A program made the translations under genes and the position numbers. A stretch of DNA of 64,000 nucleotides, taken from NCBI GenBank assembly GCA_012295275.1, contig CM022674.1, forward strand, positions 10,602,001 to 10,666,000, in the 5' to 3' direction. How positions within the stretch are numbered: position 1 is the stretch's first letter; each line of letters opens with the position of its first letter. Shown here piece by piece: positions 27,857-41,764 of the stretch. The DNA comes from Chrysomallon squamiferum (taxonomy: Eukaryota; Animalia; Mollusca). Below the pieces are notes generated by a model, which did no database searches, was not told where the DNA came from, and saw only the letters and a program-made list of their open reading frames with translations.

Positions 27857-30057
27857 ATTGTTGAAGCTTCTCACCATTTAGGAACACAATCAATCAAAAT
27901 TTCTATTATGATGAAAATGCTCCTACGAAAATATCAAAAGTCGGTGAGAATATTCAACAATTATGAATTTATGTCAAACGTAACAAATATATATGCGAAA
28001 TTAAAAACAGTTTGACTTAAACTATGATTAATGTCTTTAAGGTATGTTTTAAATGTTAACAGAGGTTTCAGATTGTATTACAAACATAAACAACTTTGTT
28101 TCTAAAATCAGAAAAGAGAAAAGTTATCAGTTATGAAGGTGTAGATAAAGTATTTAACCTTTCCCCTTAACCAAAACACCAGTATCTGATGTTATCAGCC
28201 ACATAACTGTATCTACCTGTCTAAATTACAAAGTCTACTAAGTCCACGTTGTATGATTTTAACAACAAAATATAAAAATTAAGGCTCAAAGTTTTGCTGC
28301 CATAATGACAAAGTTATTTAATATTGGTGTAGAGATATGAAAACTTTAACAATATGACTAAATGAAACTATTTCAATAAATATTAATAAACTCATGTCAA
28401 CATAATCTTGTGTCAGAATTATTAATTTTAAATAGATTTGTAGTTAATTCCATATTAAGTAATAAACATATATATGTGTGTATCTCTGTATATCATTTTG
28501 TATCTGCATGTATGTGTAGAAAATATGCTATTTATATATAATGGACCAAATAAACAGAATAAATAAAAATTCAAAAAATCAATTATCCTTGACAGTCATT
28601 CAAACATTTATAATAACAAAAACAACTGAAATAAACTGTATCATTTTAGATATTTTTGAATAACAACAACATAATTAACATAAACAAATCACAGTCTGTA
28701 TAGGAATGCATAATGATTTTTGTTTTCAAGATGGCTGACACTTTTAAATTTTCTTAGTAATCTGAGAAACATTAATTAATATTATTCTTAACTGCAAGAC
28801 TTTTAAGGTTTTAAATTCATTATGCATTCTAATATTTGCAAAAGATAATATTTTTATTCATTAATTCTACTGATTTGCTTTTTACAGTTAGAAGAATCAA
28901 ACATTAGAAATAAACATATTTAATAAATAAATAATTAAATAAATGAACATACATAATAAAACAAATTAAATTACCTCAAGTGTCTAAGCCTAGTAAATAC
29001 AATTTGTTGAGAATAAAATTTGGTAGGTTTTATGAAATAAAATGAAAATCAATTTTTCAAAAGCTTATCCAACAGTTTTGACCAGTCCACATTTTGATAA
29101 ATTTGTCCCAGATGACCACTGCATATTATCATAATTATCTCCCTGTTACCACTGCAGTTTATAGAATAATAATATCTCAGTGAGCATTGTGTGTTCCTTT
29201 GTGACAGATGGAGGTTATCAGGATGATCTCCCTTCTGACCACAGCACATTTCAGAATTATTTCCCATGCTAGTACTGTACTTTTCAGAATCATCCTTTGT
29301 TACTGACAAAAGTTTTTAAAATTATCTTTACTGGCTGTGTTTCACTCAACACTAATATTCATTTTCATTAGTGATTCAATCCCAGTAATATATAAAGTTA
29401 TTTTTCTTGTGACTGTCATTTTGCAGTAACTTTCATAATAAAAACAATATTTTCCAACTGAAACAAGCACCACCATTTGAAAATTCAGTGGTTTTGGGAG
29501 ATAACCTTTTGATTAAGGAACATTAATAACAAAATTATTAATGTTTTGATCCAAAGCACTTTCATAAGCATTTTATACAGTTGTTTTGTATTTAAATATC
29601 ACAGTATATTTGTTTCTGATTTTTAACGAAGCCAGTGTAAGCACTTTCCACAGTCTTCTTGTTCCACTTTCTGTAATACCTCTTCATTGTTTACACATTT
29701 CCCACTTCATGAATCATGAATCAAATTTATCACAGTATTTGTTTTATAGTTTTCAAAAGTGTGACTGTTTTCACACATTCGTCTCTCATAATTTCCACAC
29801 AGATCATACTTTTACAATTACATTTCATATAGGATTGCCTTGGTTACCATTTTTACAAGTAAAATACTTTTAATGTCACATTTCATTTAAATATTCTTTT
29901 CCACTGGGCTGAACTTTTGATAAATTACATATTTCTTCAGGATGAACGTTTCCATAACTCTCACAGTTCCAGTCATGTATCAAATATATAAATATAAATA
30001 TTTATATGCTATCTCTGTAATGTCACACTTACATCAGTGTCACAGTATTTTTGTTTT

Positions 30058-30610
30058 TCAGATATGCATCACTAACTCAGACAACATCTGTGAGTAGTTT
30101 GTGTCTGTGCTCAGTGATGGCAAAGTCACTGATTTCCCCCCATCACCTTTCACTGTTATCACCTGTAACGATGTGTTGCCGTACACAGGACTCCGCCCGT
30201 TCTCCAGTGACAGCTGAGGAAAGAGTTTCTGAGACACGGCATCTACGAGGTATGGGTCATCAGTTCCTATCAAACCCACCAAGTTGTTGGGATTCTTTGG
30301 AAGAACCTTCTTTGGTCTGAAGTAATAATACAACATAATAATGATTAAAAACAAGAAGAAAAAGAAGAATAACAACAATAATAATAATGTCATAATAAAA
30401 AAAAAGAACAATAATGTGAAGAAAAAAAAGAACAAACAAGAAGAATGCATAATAAAAAACAATATGGAGATACCAACAACAAAAATATTATAATACAAAA
30501 ATTTAAGATGAATAAGACAACAAAACACATGAAAAATTAGAAGAAACATATTTATTTATTTACTTCTTTACTTACTTAAATATTTATTTATTTATTTATT
30601 TATTTTAGTT

Positions 30611-30661
<51 letters not shown>

Positions 30662-33600
30662 TTTCATTAGTTAGGTATTACCGTCCTCGTTTAAGTTGTT
30701 GAGGTGTCAACTTTTTATCTTCCACCACATCAAACAGTTGAAACAGCAAGTCTGTGTTTGCCACTGTCACTTTTCTTTCTGGACAACGAGGAGGTCGCTT
30801 GGTTACCTCCCTTTCTTCCCTCTCCTCAGGTGGAGTTACTGGTCTTATCTCTGAAACAATACAACAATGATTGACTCCAAACATACTTTTCTTTTAAAAG
30901 TATGTTTTGATGTGGGTGGTATCTGTGAATGTATGTGCGTGCATGTGTGTGTGTAGATTTTCAAAGGATAATTTTCATTTTAATAGAAATTGTGATTGTG
31001 TGAATGTATGTTAGTATAAAATAGTGAAGAAAAAAGATCATCTTAAATGAATAGTTGCTTTCTATTTTTGACTTTGAAAAATCTACATAGCGGCTTCCCT
31101 AATTTATAATTTAACGTTTTAATATATCTATCTTTTCCAATATCAATTTTTAACAAATAATTTGTATAAAATGTGCTTTTTTTGTTAATGCTAATGTATA
31201 AACAGTAAAGTTCATTTTTAATCTATTGGTGTTTTTGAGATTATTATTTTTTCTTTTTCTGTTGTGGATGATGAACTGGTGTGAGACACTGGATATTCTT
31301 TATAATCAGTGTCACATGAGATGTCAAAACAGTGACTTTTAAGTGATTCAAAATGATAAACACAACCAGAATGTTTGACACAACTCTTTAAATAATACAC
31401 TTCCCTTAGGCAGAAAGCTGTATTCCTCTTTCTTTAATAAAACAAGTAGATGGGTATTCAGTTTTGGCTGAAATTGAAAGTAATGTGAAACTGGAAATAG
31501 ACCATAAAAATGGTGTACTCTGAAGGATTGATCCTGAAACCTAGGAAATCACAAATCAGTGTTGTAATCATGTGATGGATCCAGGTTACTGCACTAAACT
31601 GTGATGTCATCATTTTTATTGATTCTGTCCCAGTCGTTTGTCAATTATTTAGACATGTCAAGCATCACATGATGGAAACAGGGAGACACATACAAAAATC
31701 AATGTACAGATGACAAACAGCATCTCTGTATAACATCAGTGGTTTTATCAATATTGCACTTAACTAACAAATCACTGGCCATTTAGAATTTCAGTGTGTT
31801 GTGTTTTAAGAATATAATATACAGTTTATCTCAAAATTAAATATTCTGCCTGAAAAGTATACACCACATACACACACAGTATTTCAAAATTAAATATTCT
31901 AGTTAGAAAGTATTGGAGAAACAATATACACACACAATTTCAAAATTAAATATACTGCATAAAAGGACACCAAAAATACACAACAAACATACACACACAC
32001 ACAACACATATACAGACAGACACAATTTATATATAATCAGCATAAAATAATAAAAATAATAAATCTTCAATTTTGATTAAAGAATTCTTGTCATTGTTTA
32101 AACAAATGGTTTAAACAAATTTTATGTATATAGATTTTATTTATGTCAGTTTAGAGATAATATACATTACTGGTTGTTCATTCAAATCACATAAGACACT
32201 ATGGCATACAAATACTGTATATAATTTTGTCAATCCACTGTTTGTAGATATACAGTCTGTGTTTAAATAAATAAATAAATAAATAAATAAATCTTCATAA
32301 TTAATAAAAAAAATTCTGTAATATAATTCTACAGGTTTTTCAGATCTTTAATTCTACAGTTTAAATACAAAACAGTCAATAACAAAATGTCACAGGTGAA
32401 GAACATTGTGTATTACTGTTAGCACTGCTAGGTGCCAAGTAACTAACAGTTTGTTTACTGAGGTTTGACATAAACAGGTGAATGAGGAGATCTATGAACT
32501 GAAGAAGTGATTGGGTAGAACCAGGTAATAAACAGTTGACAATCTGCCATAATTATAAAATCAGGCCCCAGCAAGCTCACCTGTGTTATTGATAATTATA
32601 ATACATTTAATAAATTTAGGTCTTTATTACAGTGAGTTTGTAGTTCAGTGGTTAGAACTCTCAACTTATGCATTTTTAGTGAAGTTTTTGACCTATTTTC
32701 AGTTCCCAACCAGTGACTTGTACATTCAAATATTTTCTTTGTTTTTACTCTCTATATTTGATAGTTGTTTTATGGGAAGGTATCTATATAAGATTACATA
32801 TTGCTAGAGAGTAAGAGTAACCCACGGAGTGTTGCAGATATGAATACTGTATATGATGCTTGTGTGCAATTTGTATTTGTGTGTGTGTATGTGTGTTTGT
32901 GTGTGTATGGATGTGAGTCTGAATATGTTTCTATGTGTGTATGGTTTGTTTGTATGATATCTGTTTGTATGTGTTGTGTCTGTATATAGGTGCATGTGTC
33001 TGTTTAAGTCATGTCTATGTGTGCCTGTGTGTCTGTGTCTGTGTTTGTGTGTTTGTGTCTGAGTGTATGTGTGTATGTGTGTATTGTGTGTGGGTTTGTT
33101 ACAATTTCATAGCAAGTCACCTTTTATAAAAGTGTAAAAGTTCTAGGTAAGATAATTATCCCAAAGCAGAATGAGAGTTATTCTTCTACAATCACAACAC
33201 ATTGAAAGTAATAAACTGTCCCAAAGGGAAGCACATATTATCATATCCTTTGTGATAAATAAACTATAGGACATTTACTGAAGTAGATCAAAATCCAAGA
33301 TGAGTGTCAGAGATATTCATTGTGGACCTTACAGCCAGCAGCCAGTCTCAGTGAGCATTTTTCTATTTTCTTTTCGTAATGTGCTGAGCAGTAAGTGATA
33401 TTACCTGTAACATCTTCCTCTGTTTCTTTGTTGTACAATGGAGGCAGGATGGGAAACATGTTGCCAGGGGAAACCTGGTGGGGCACGTTTGGTTGCTGCC
33501 AGAAAGACTGGGGCAATGCACGCAGTCGCATGGGGACTTGATCTAAAAATAGAAATTTATAAAATATTACATCTTTATAATTTCAAAATATGGAATGACA

Positions 33601-34624
33601 AAATAAATAAATAAATAAATAAATAATAAAGATGATGATAATGATGACAATAATTATAATAATAACAGTAATAACAATAACAATAATAATAATAACAATG
33701 ATAATAATAACAATAATAATAATAATAATAATAATAATGGTATTAACAATTATAATAATCATAATAATCACAGAGAAAAAATCTAAGGATGAGACAGCAA
33801 AATGTAAAGTAATTATTTGAATTCAAACTGGTCAGAGATTTACTTTCTCATCCAACCAGGACCCAGTCACTAACACACCACAGTCTGTCCCATGTGTTTA
33901 TCACAAAAAGAATAATGTTCTTCATGTGTATTTGAGTATGTTCATATGCCATCATCTGAGTAGATGAGTGTGTACGTATTGAGATATCTTTGGTATAAGT
34001 GTGTTCATGTGTGTGTGTATTAGTGTGTGTGTGTGTGTGTGTGTGTGTATTATATATATATGTGATGTGTGTGTGTGTGCATGTGTGTGTGATTTTTCTG
34101 AAAAACAGGTGAAAAATCTCAATACTGATTTAATATTGAAATAAACAAATTTCAGTAAAAAGAATGTGAGTTTAGATATAATATATTCATATTAACACTT
34201 TGACTTTTCATTTACAAACTTGGTATCCAATAAACAATATAGTTAGCCTACACTGTAAAGTGGATCTAATCAAGTGTGTATATGCCAGCATCTAATATGT
34301 ATATATGCATGTGTGTGTTTCTATGTGTGTGTGTGTGTATGTGTCTGTTTCTGTATGTGTGTGTGTGTGTGTGTCTGTGTATGTCTGTGTGTTTGTGTAT
34401 ATCTGTATGTGAATGCATCTGTGTATGTGTGTGTGTCTGTATGTGTTTTTATGTGTGTGTTTGTTTGTGTTTCTATATGTGTCTGGTGTGTATGTGTGTT
34501 TGTCTGTGTGTTTCTGTGTGTATGTGTGTTCTGTATAATGTTACTATAATGGATGTGTATGTATGTGTAAGTGTTCATTGTGTGTGTGTAGGTGCATTTA
34601 TATGTACAGACCTATGTGTAATGA

Positions 34625-34674
<50 letters not shown>

Positions 34675-36034
34675 CAGTAAAATACATGTAAGTTTAGAGA
34701 TAATATTAACAATATGACTTTTCTTATGAATTAGTATCCAGTAAACAAATATATACAAATGAATGTATGCACACATATATATATATATATATGTACAAGT
34801 GTATGGTACATGTGTGTGTAATAAAGATTTTGTTTTGTTTATCCCATATCACGACATAGCCTGTACAACTGATTTATTTATACGGATGTTGTTCTCTATA
34901 TCCAAAACACTTTATTATTAGACTGACGTATTGTACCTATCACACAATACATACGTGATATATGAAATAAGCAAGTAGGTTTTATTTATCTGATTTGGGA
35001 TAATCTGAGGATTATATTTCAGTTCATTATGTCAGTCTCTACCTGGTCTGTTGCCATAAACAGACAGAAAATAAACTTCAGTGTATTCATCGGTTGAATG
35101 GATAAGTGTGTGTGTGTGTGTGTGTGTGTGTGTTTATGTGTGTGTGCGTGTGTGTGTGTGCATGTGTTTGTGTGTGTGTGTGCGTGTGTTTGTGTGTGTG
35201 TGTGTGTCTGCATGTGTGTGTGTGTCTCTGCATGTGTGTGTATGTGTGCAAGTGTAGTGGGTATGTGTATGTGAATGTTGAATGTGTGTGTGTGTGTGTG
35301 TGTGTGTGTTGTGTCCGTGTGTCCGTGTGTCCGTGTGCGTGTGTGTTTGAGAGAGTGTGAATTAGTGTATGTTTATATATGAATGTGGATGACCAAATGT
35401 GTATATATATATGTGTATGTGTGTGTTTGTCTGTCTAAATAAATATATTTTATAGAAATATCTGTATAAACGTAAGGATACATTTAATTTGCCATAACAT
35501 ACATATGTATATGTATGTATGTATGTATCTATGTATGTACATATGTATGTATGTATCTATGTATGTATGTTTATGTATACATGAAGATAAAAAGATAATC
35601 TCCAGTCAGTTAGCTGTATGATTATAAAGACTGTGTGACAGATTAATTTGTTATAAATATATGACATGCAATGAAATAGATCTGCAGTAGAGATATTACA
35701 TATATGATTAATCTGTCTCTTTTAACCACATTCAGTCTGATAATCAGATAGATAATATAACAAACACACATAAACACATACTATTATGAAGTAATCTATC
35801 AGCAGTCTGTTTTGTAAATGTCTATAATTATTTTATCTATAATATTTTTTTGTAAATGTATATAATTATTTTACAACAAACTAATCAAAGCGCATAATTT
35901 TTACTCTTCCTCATTAAGACTGTCAGAATGAATATTAATATTCATGTGAATAAATCAGGCTACTTTTTATATAAACACACACATACACACATGCACATAC
36001 AAAAATCTACACATAAACACATGATACTGAAATT

Positions 36035-36086
<52 letters not shown>

Positions 36087-37479
36087 TACACACACACACA
36101 AATTCCCCCAAAACATGTATTTATACAAATTCACATTTACCGTCATATATATATATATATATGTATGTATGTATATATACTTATAGATGCTTACTCACAT
36201 ATATCCAAACATTATGCATATACACAATTTATCAACAAGCAGTTAATAATATTACAGCATAATAAATATTTATCACGGACTTAGGTTATTTATGTAGTAA
36301 ATTTTGACCAGGAGAATAATCTTATAGCATGTTCTGTTATTCATCAGAAAGTTAATACTGGCTGAATTGAATTACTTTTACAAAACATCTACTTAATGTC
36401 AACATTATGGTATGTAATGTCCTGCCAGTAATAATCCTTTTTAACAAAGCCATAATAAAAAATCAATTTTTGTCATCTAAATTTTTAAATATCTCTAACA
36501 TTAAAACTATTTGTTATTTAAATTCAACTGGCATTTCTAAACAGTGCTGTATTTTTCAAAATTTAAATTATTTTGAAATATGATGATGTAACTTCAATTT
36601 ACAGTTTAATGATGAAATGAAATGGATTTTTTAAAGAAACTAATTGGAAACATACTATGATTGTAATTTTTATTCTGTCTAAGAATTCAAAAAGATGTTT
36701 AAAAATAGGTTTATCTTGTTTTGATTCCTAACTTACTTCATGTTTAATTTTACTTTAATCAGCTTTATTCAACAGATTATAATTTTTTACAAACAGATTT
36801 CCACAGTGAAGCAGAATGATAAAACAAAGTTTTAATAAAAAACAACTGATGATGAGGTTTTTCACAGGGGTTCACATTTGTAGAAAGGTTTTACAGTACA
36901 GTTTTCTTTATCCAAAAATCTTATGTTAAATATTAATGTGAAATAAATTTAATTTCTAATTAATTGGTTTACAATAAAATCTTTTTAATTAAGTTGTTTT
37001 CCTAACATATGTAATCAGTTAAATAAACCAGACAGAGCATGAGTTTAATAGTTATTTTATTAAAGCCCATACACACCTCTTTTTGGCCTCATTTTGGGAG
37101 GCGTCTGTTCTCTTCGTCTAAATCCATCTTTAAGTGCCATGAATGATGCCGTCTTCTTTTTCTTGATTCTAGATTTGGCTACAATTTCGTGTGCATGGTG
37201 TTTGAAACCTGGAGGTCGTACATACACAGGTCCACTAGCTGTACTGCTGTTAGGTGAAGCAACATTTTCATAGTCATGATCATGATCACATCCGTAAGTT
37301 GAAACGGATGGACTGTCAGGACGGTTGCATGGACTTGGGTTTGGTAAGCTGACACTGTCACAGTGTTCTGTGTCTTCTTCATCACTAGAGTTTATGATCT
37401 GGATGGGTCCTGAGGGTCCTCTCTTGCCACCATGTTGTTTAGGAGGTGGTGGCTGAGGCAGATGCAATGCTGTTGCCAT
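30058..37479 (-). CDS. Unrecognised 322-aa nuclear protein with a YAP-like TEAD-binding omega-loop, PPxY, LxxLF helix and AT-hook
   Basis: Exons 37479-37077, 33542-33405, 30850-30682 and 30316-30058 join in phase (G|AT=D, G|AG=E, CG|A=R); 969 nt in total, ending in TGA. Proline/serine-rich, with basic NLS-like stretches (RIKKKK, PKMRPKR). A CpG-retaining promoter region lies upstream at about 37.5-38.9 kb. Confidence 0.88.
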
Positions 37480-40400
37480 AGTAACTAATCCAAATATTAA
37501 AACATATCACAGACCAGATAACAATGAATTATCACAATAATAAAGAAATGGACGGATATTTTTATTCCCAGGGGAAATAAATCAAACTTCTGCCTACATC
37601 ATGTGCTCAGAACTAAGCCATGCAGAAGACAAAATGGTTTTGGATAATCCAGTGGTTAGTTCACCGCATACGGGATTACATGGGTTTTTTAATCCCGTTA
37701 TGCCAATCAAAAACTTGAGTAAGACAAAATCGGAGTAATCAGCCACTAACTGGCGTACAGAGTAACGTGACTAATTTCTCACCGGTCTGCACACGAATGG
37801 CGTTACCTGCGATGAATGCAGACCCTCTCTCGCCAAAATAACTACGTCAGTCACAAGTGCCCTTAGCACACGCGGCCAATATCGCTGAACCATGTAATGG
37901 AACGTGCCCCTTATATGAACAAGGAAATAAATATTTTTTAAACGTCCTCAGCAACGAAAATTGGCAAGTTCAACATAATTCCTTATTATTCCACTGTTTT
38001 GACAGACATGTTGATACAACAATCGTCTCTATGCATTTCAGTCCCAAATGTCGTAGAAACGATTGTTTTGATTGGATGGTTAGGCTTTGCACGTCACAGT
38101 GAGGGTCACATGCATTACATTTTCATAATGATTTATTTTTAGAGTCTGTCTCCAGGGCCTCTTTCCTAAATCTACACACTAAATAGGTTAATCCGAAAAG
38201 CGTAACTTTTTAATTCTTGCATTCTCTAAACATTTTCATAAAGTAAGCTAAATATACAGACTTAAAATCCTAATACATTATACTTTCAAATACTCATTGT
38301 CTTCGATACTGTATTATTTTTTAATTTAATTACTTGCATTATTTTTAAAATCAATTATTTATTTATCAGAAGCTTGTTTGATAAATCATTTTACTAACGT
38401 ATAAATAATATAATTATTATATCAATGAACGTAACCTGACTGAACAGTATATCGCTATTTTAGGCAATGGGTCACACTTTTTACGTCACTGGTTACAAAA
38501 GTTATAGTTAGTTATACACTTGTTATAAATATGTTTTGTTTGCTACAGATCTCGATTCAGTAACTTTTTTCCATTGTCTACCGAATGTTTTATTTACCTA
38601 TATCGAAACACTTCTGTTTTGACGTGTTCAGTTTTCATTTGTATTCTTCTTCTGCTTCTTCTTATTATTATTAAAATATGAAAAGAATACATAATAGAAA
38701 AATATTAAAAAAGAATAATCTTTATTGTTAAATATTTGCTATATAATAAAGAAAATAATATATAAACTATACTTTTGAACTTGGCATAACTTGTTGCACT
38801 AATCCAAATGATATTATATGAGACACTTCAATTATTTTCTCCCAATTCCAGATATGAGACCTCACGTAACTATTGTGGGTGTATGTATGTGTGTCATGAT
38901 TATTAATTATTATTATTGTAACAAAATAATGTAAAAAAAAACTTCATATAGAAAATAGTTTAATTTTTCTACACTTTACCCTGTGTTGTGGCACATCAAT
39001 GATTTGAAATTTTGAAATTGTTTAATCTACTTTCCCTACAAAAACATTGTGTGATAGAATTTTAGAAATTCCAAAATTTTATACACTATTTATACATAAA
39101 TCAAATATAATAACATTCTATCAAATAATTTGAAATTAATCAACACATTATCTTGAAGGTAAGTTTATTTACACATTTCAATCCATTTGACTGGGAGGAA
39201 TTAAAATAAACAACATGGCTGATGCACATTTGCAGCCAAATAAGCCCACCCCCATTCTTCGAACTGAATGTGTATATATATCCAACACCCCTTTTTGAAA
39301 TATCCATATTGTTGATTTCCCTCCTATATCGGATATGTTTTATTTCCCAGCAATATGAATATGTGGTTTTTGTACAGAATTTTAGTTCCATACAACTGGT
39401 ACAAGATGTATATTGTCCAGACTCTGAAAAAAAATGCTTATATAAAATTACATCTGAGACTAACAGTAAAAGTTAGGTGGGTTTTTTTTCATATGAAAAC
39501 TCTTATGACAAAATTACAAATATAAAACTGCTAACAACAGAAAATTAATCAATATTCCCAGTGTTTGTTAAACAAAAAATCTTTTTGTTTTAAATTTTTA
39601 ACTGATTGTTTTTCTGTATCTAAATGTATAGAAAATAAAAAAACATTTCATATACACATAGTAACACTACATATATAATGCCATTAAACTACATGTTAAA
39701 AAAGTAGTTCTAAAAACAGTACAAAAGGAAATATTAAAAACATTATATAAATTCTTGAGTAAAATTGTAATTTCAACATTACTGAATGAAAAATGCAACA
39801 GATAATTTACAGTTCAAACAAGTGACTTTATCTGTTTGTTATGTCAGAAGAAATGTAAGTACAGGTTGATTATTCCCCATGTGAAATGAACAGGCATAAA
39901 TGATTAAAATTTTGTAACAAATGGACACAGATAATGAGATTCAAGAAAAAATTCAAAATATATTTATAGCACACAGCATAGTCCTATTTAATTATAAAAA
40001 TAAATTAGTGTATGAAGTAAATTTTTCTATGCTAAACCACATAAATCTACAAACCATCAACATCTTGGCTGACAGAAATTTCAAATTAGAGATCCTAAAC
40101 TTGTAAACCCTTGATATTTTTCTTACCATTATTCTTTTCTTTTATTAGTTTTAATATCACTTTTATCACATATACTTGTATACAAATCACTGAGGTTCCA
40201 TTATTATTTAATGTACACATTAGCATTAGCATACATATTAATTTTTTACAAGACAATTTATTAGATTTATTGTAATTATTAGTATTATTAATATTTTATT
40301 CAAAAAGAATAAAAATGAAAACAAAACAAAAGAAAGAAAGAGAAAGGACAAATTCCTTTTTATTTTTCCACAGTCAGTGTAGATTAAATATTTTCTCATA

Positions 40401-41438
40401 ATCAGAAACATTTCTATGCTGTTATATATATACTACAACACAATATTAAAATGTACTTAACTTATTAATACAAGATGTCTTAGTTATGATATATAAAATT
40501 TTAACATCGCGACAAATCTGCCAGTTCACAGTTAATACCAATCACTGTAATTGTCCAAACAAGATTGTGTTTGTTAAATATAAATAAATGCAGTATAATA
40601 ATGAATATATCTGCATTACAACAAAACAACCTCTTAGGTGACAGATCAAATGGATATCAGAACCATGTAGGATAATTTTAAGATGAGTATTATTTAAAAA
40701 AAATAATATATCAATAAGTATAAGTATGTGCTGATTGAATTTTAATTAAATTTAGAAATTATGACAATAAGAAATGGAAAAAATATGTATGACATATTTC
40801 ATGGGTAGAATCTGCAGATTATTTTGTCAATTAAACAGAGGTTTTAATATGTAAACATGGATAATACATTTATGTTATTTACATTTCAGTAAATGCTAAC
40901 AAACATTTTTGTTTTAAAGCTTTCTGTAATAACAACAATCTATAATATATTTAAAGATCTGACATTGATATAAAATTTATAAAGGCATTTCAGTCATAAT
41001 TGTGAACAATGATCATAACAATATAAACATTTTCATCAACATTTTCAATGAGAAAATATTTTTTTCTTCAGAATATTATTTTGATTTAAAAAATTTGAAT
41101 TATACTTCGTTATTTACATACCTTTGTATGTTGCCCAATTATTTTTTTTTTTTAGTTTTGAACATATTTTATCAGTGTCATGGAATATCAAACTGATAAA
41201 CTGAACTTAAGAAAGAAACAATTTAAAAAATAATGTTTAAGATTCTTTCTCTTTCTCTCTTTTAACATTTTATTTTCTTAAATTTATATATATATATTTA
41301 TTTATGTGTTTTTGCGTATCTCACTATATAGAGAAATTAGTTTAACTACGTAATTCCATCTGAAGAAAAATACTTATAATTTCTCCTCCATCAAGAAAAC
41401 TAATTCAGCCATTTAGGATTATCACTAATCCAAGAAGA

Positions 41439-41722
41439 TTAGAAATTGAGTAACTCTGCACCAGACAAAAAGACAAACAACAAAACAAAACCAAACAGGA
41501 TCAGAAATGGCAGCCATGTTTTGATGAAACCACAAAAACTGAAAAAAAATTAAAATATTATATATAAATAAAAAATCCACAATAAATTTAGTTAATACAT
41601 CAATTTATTTCTATTAAGAGTATAAAAAGTTATTTTAATTGTTGATAATTGTTTTCAAAAGAGTAACTACATTTTACAGTCTGCATCAGGAATCTGAAAC
41701 ATGGCAAAGAATTGTGTTGTAT

Positions 41723-41764
<42 letters not shown>

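Noticed and set aside
29049-29873. ORFs of 86 and 95 aa
   Set aside because: Non-ATG starts with no motifs or splice support; they lie in the putative 3'UTR of the minus-strand gene.
30058-37479. Calling the omega-loop gene YAP/Yorkie or FAM181
   Set aside because: No WW domains or HxRxxS LATS sites, the helix/loop order is reversed relative to YAP, and no FAM181 N-terminal block is visible.
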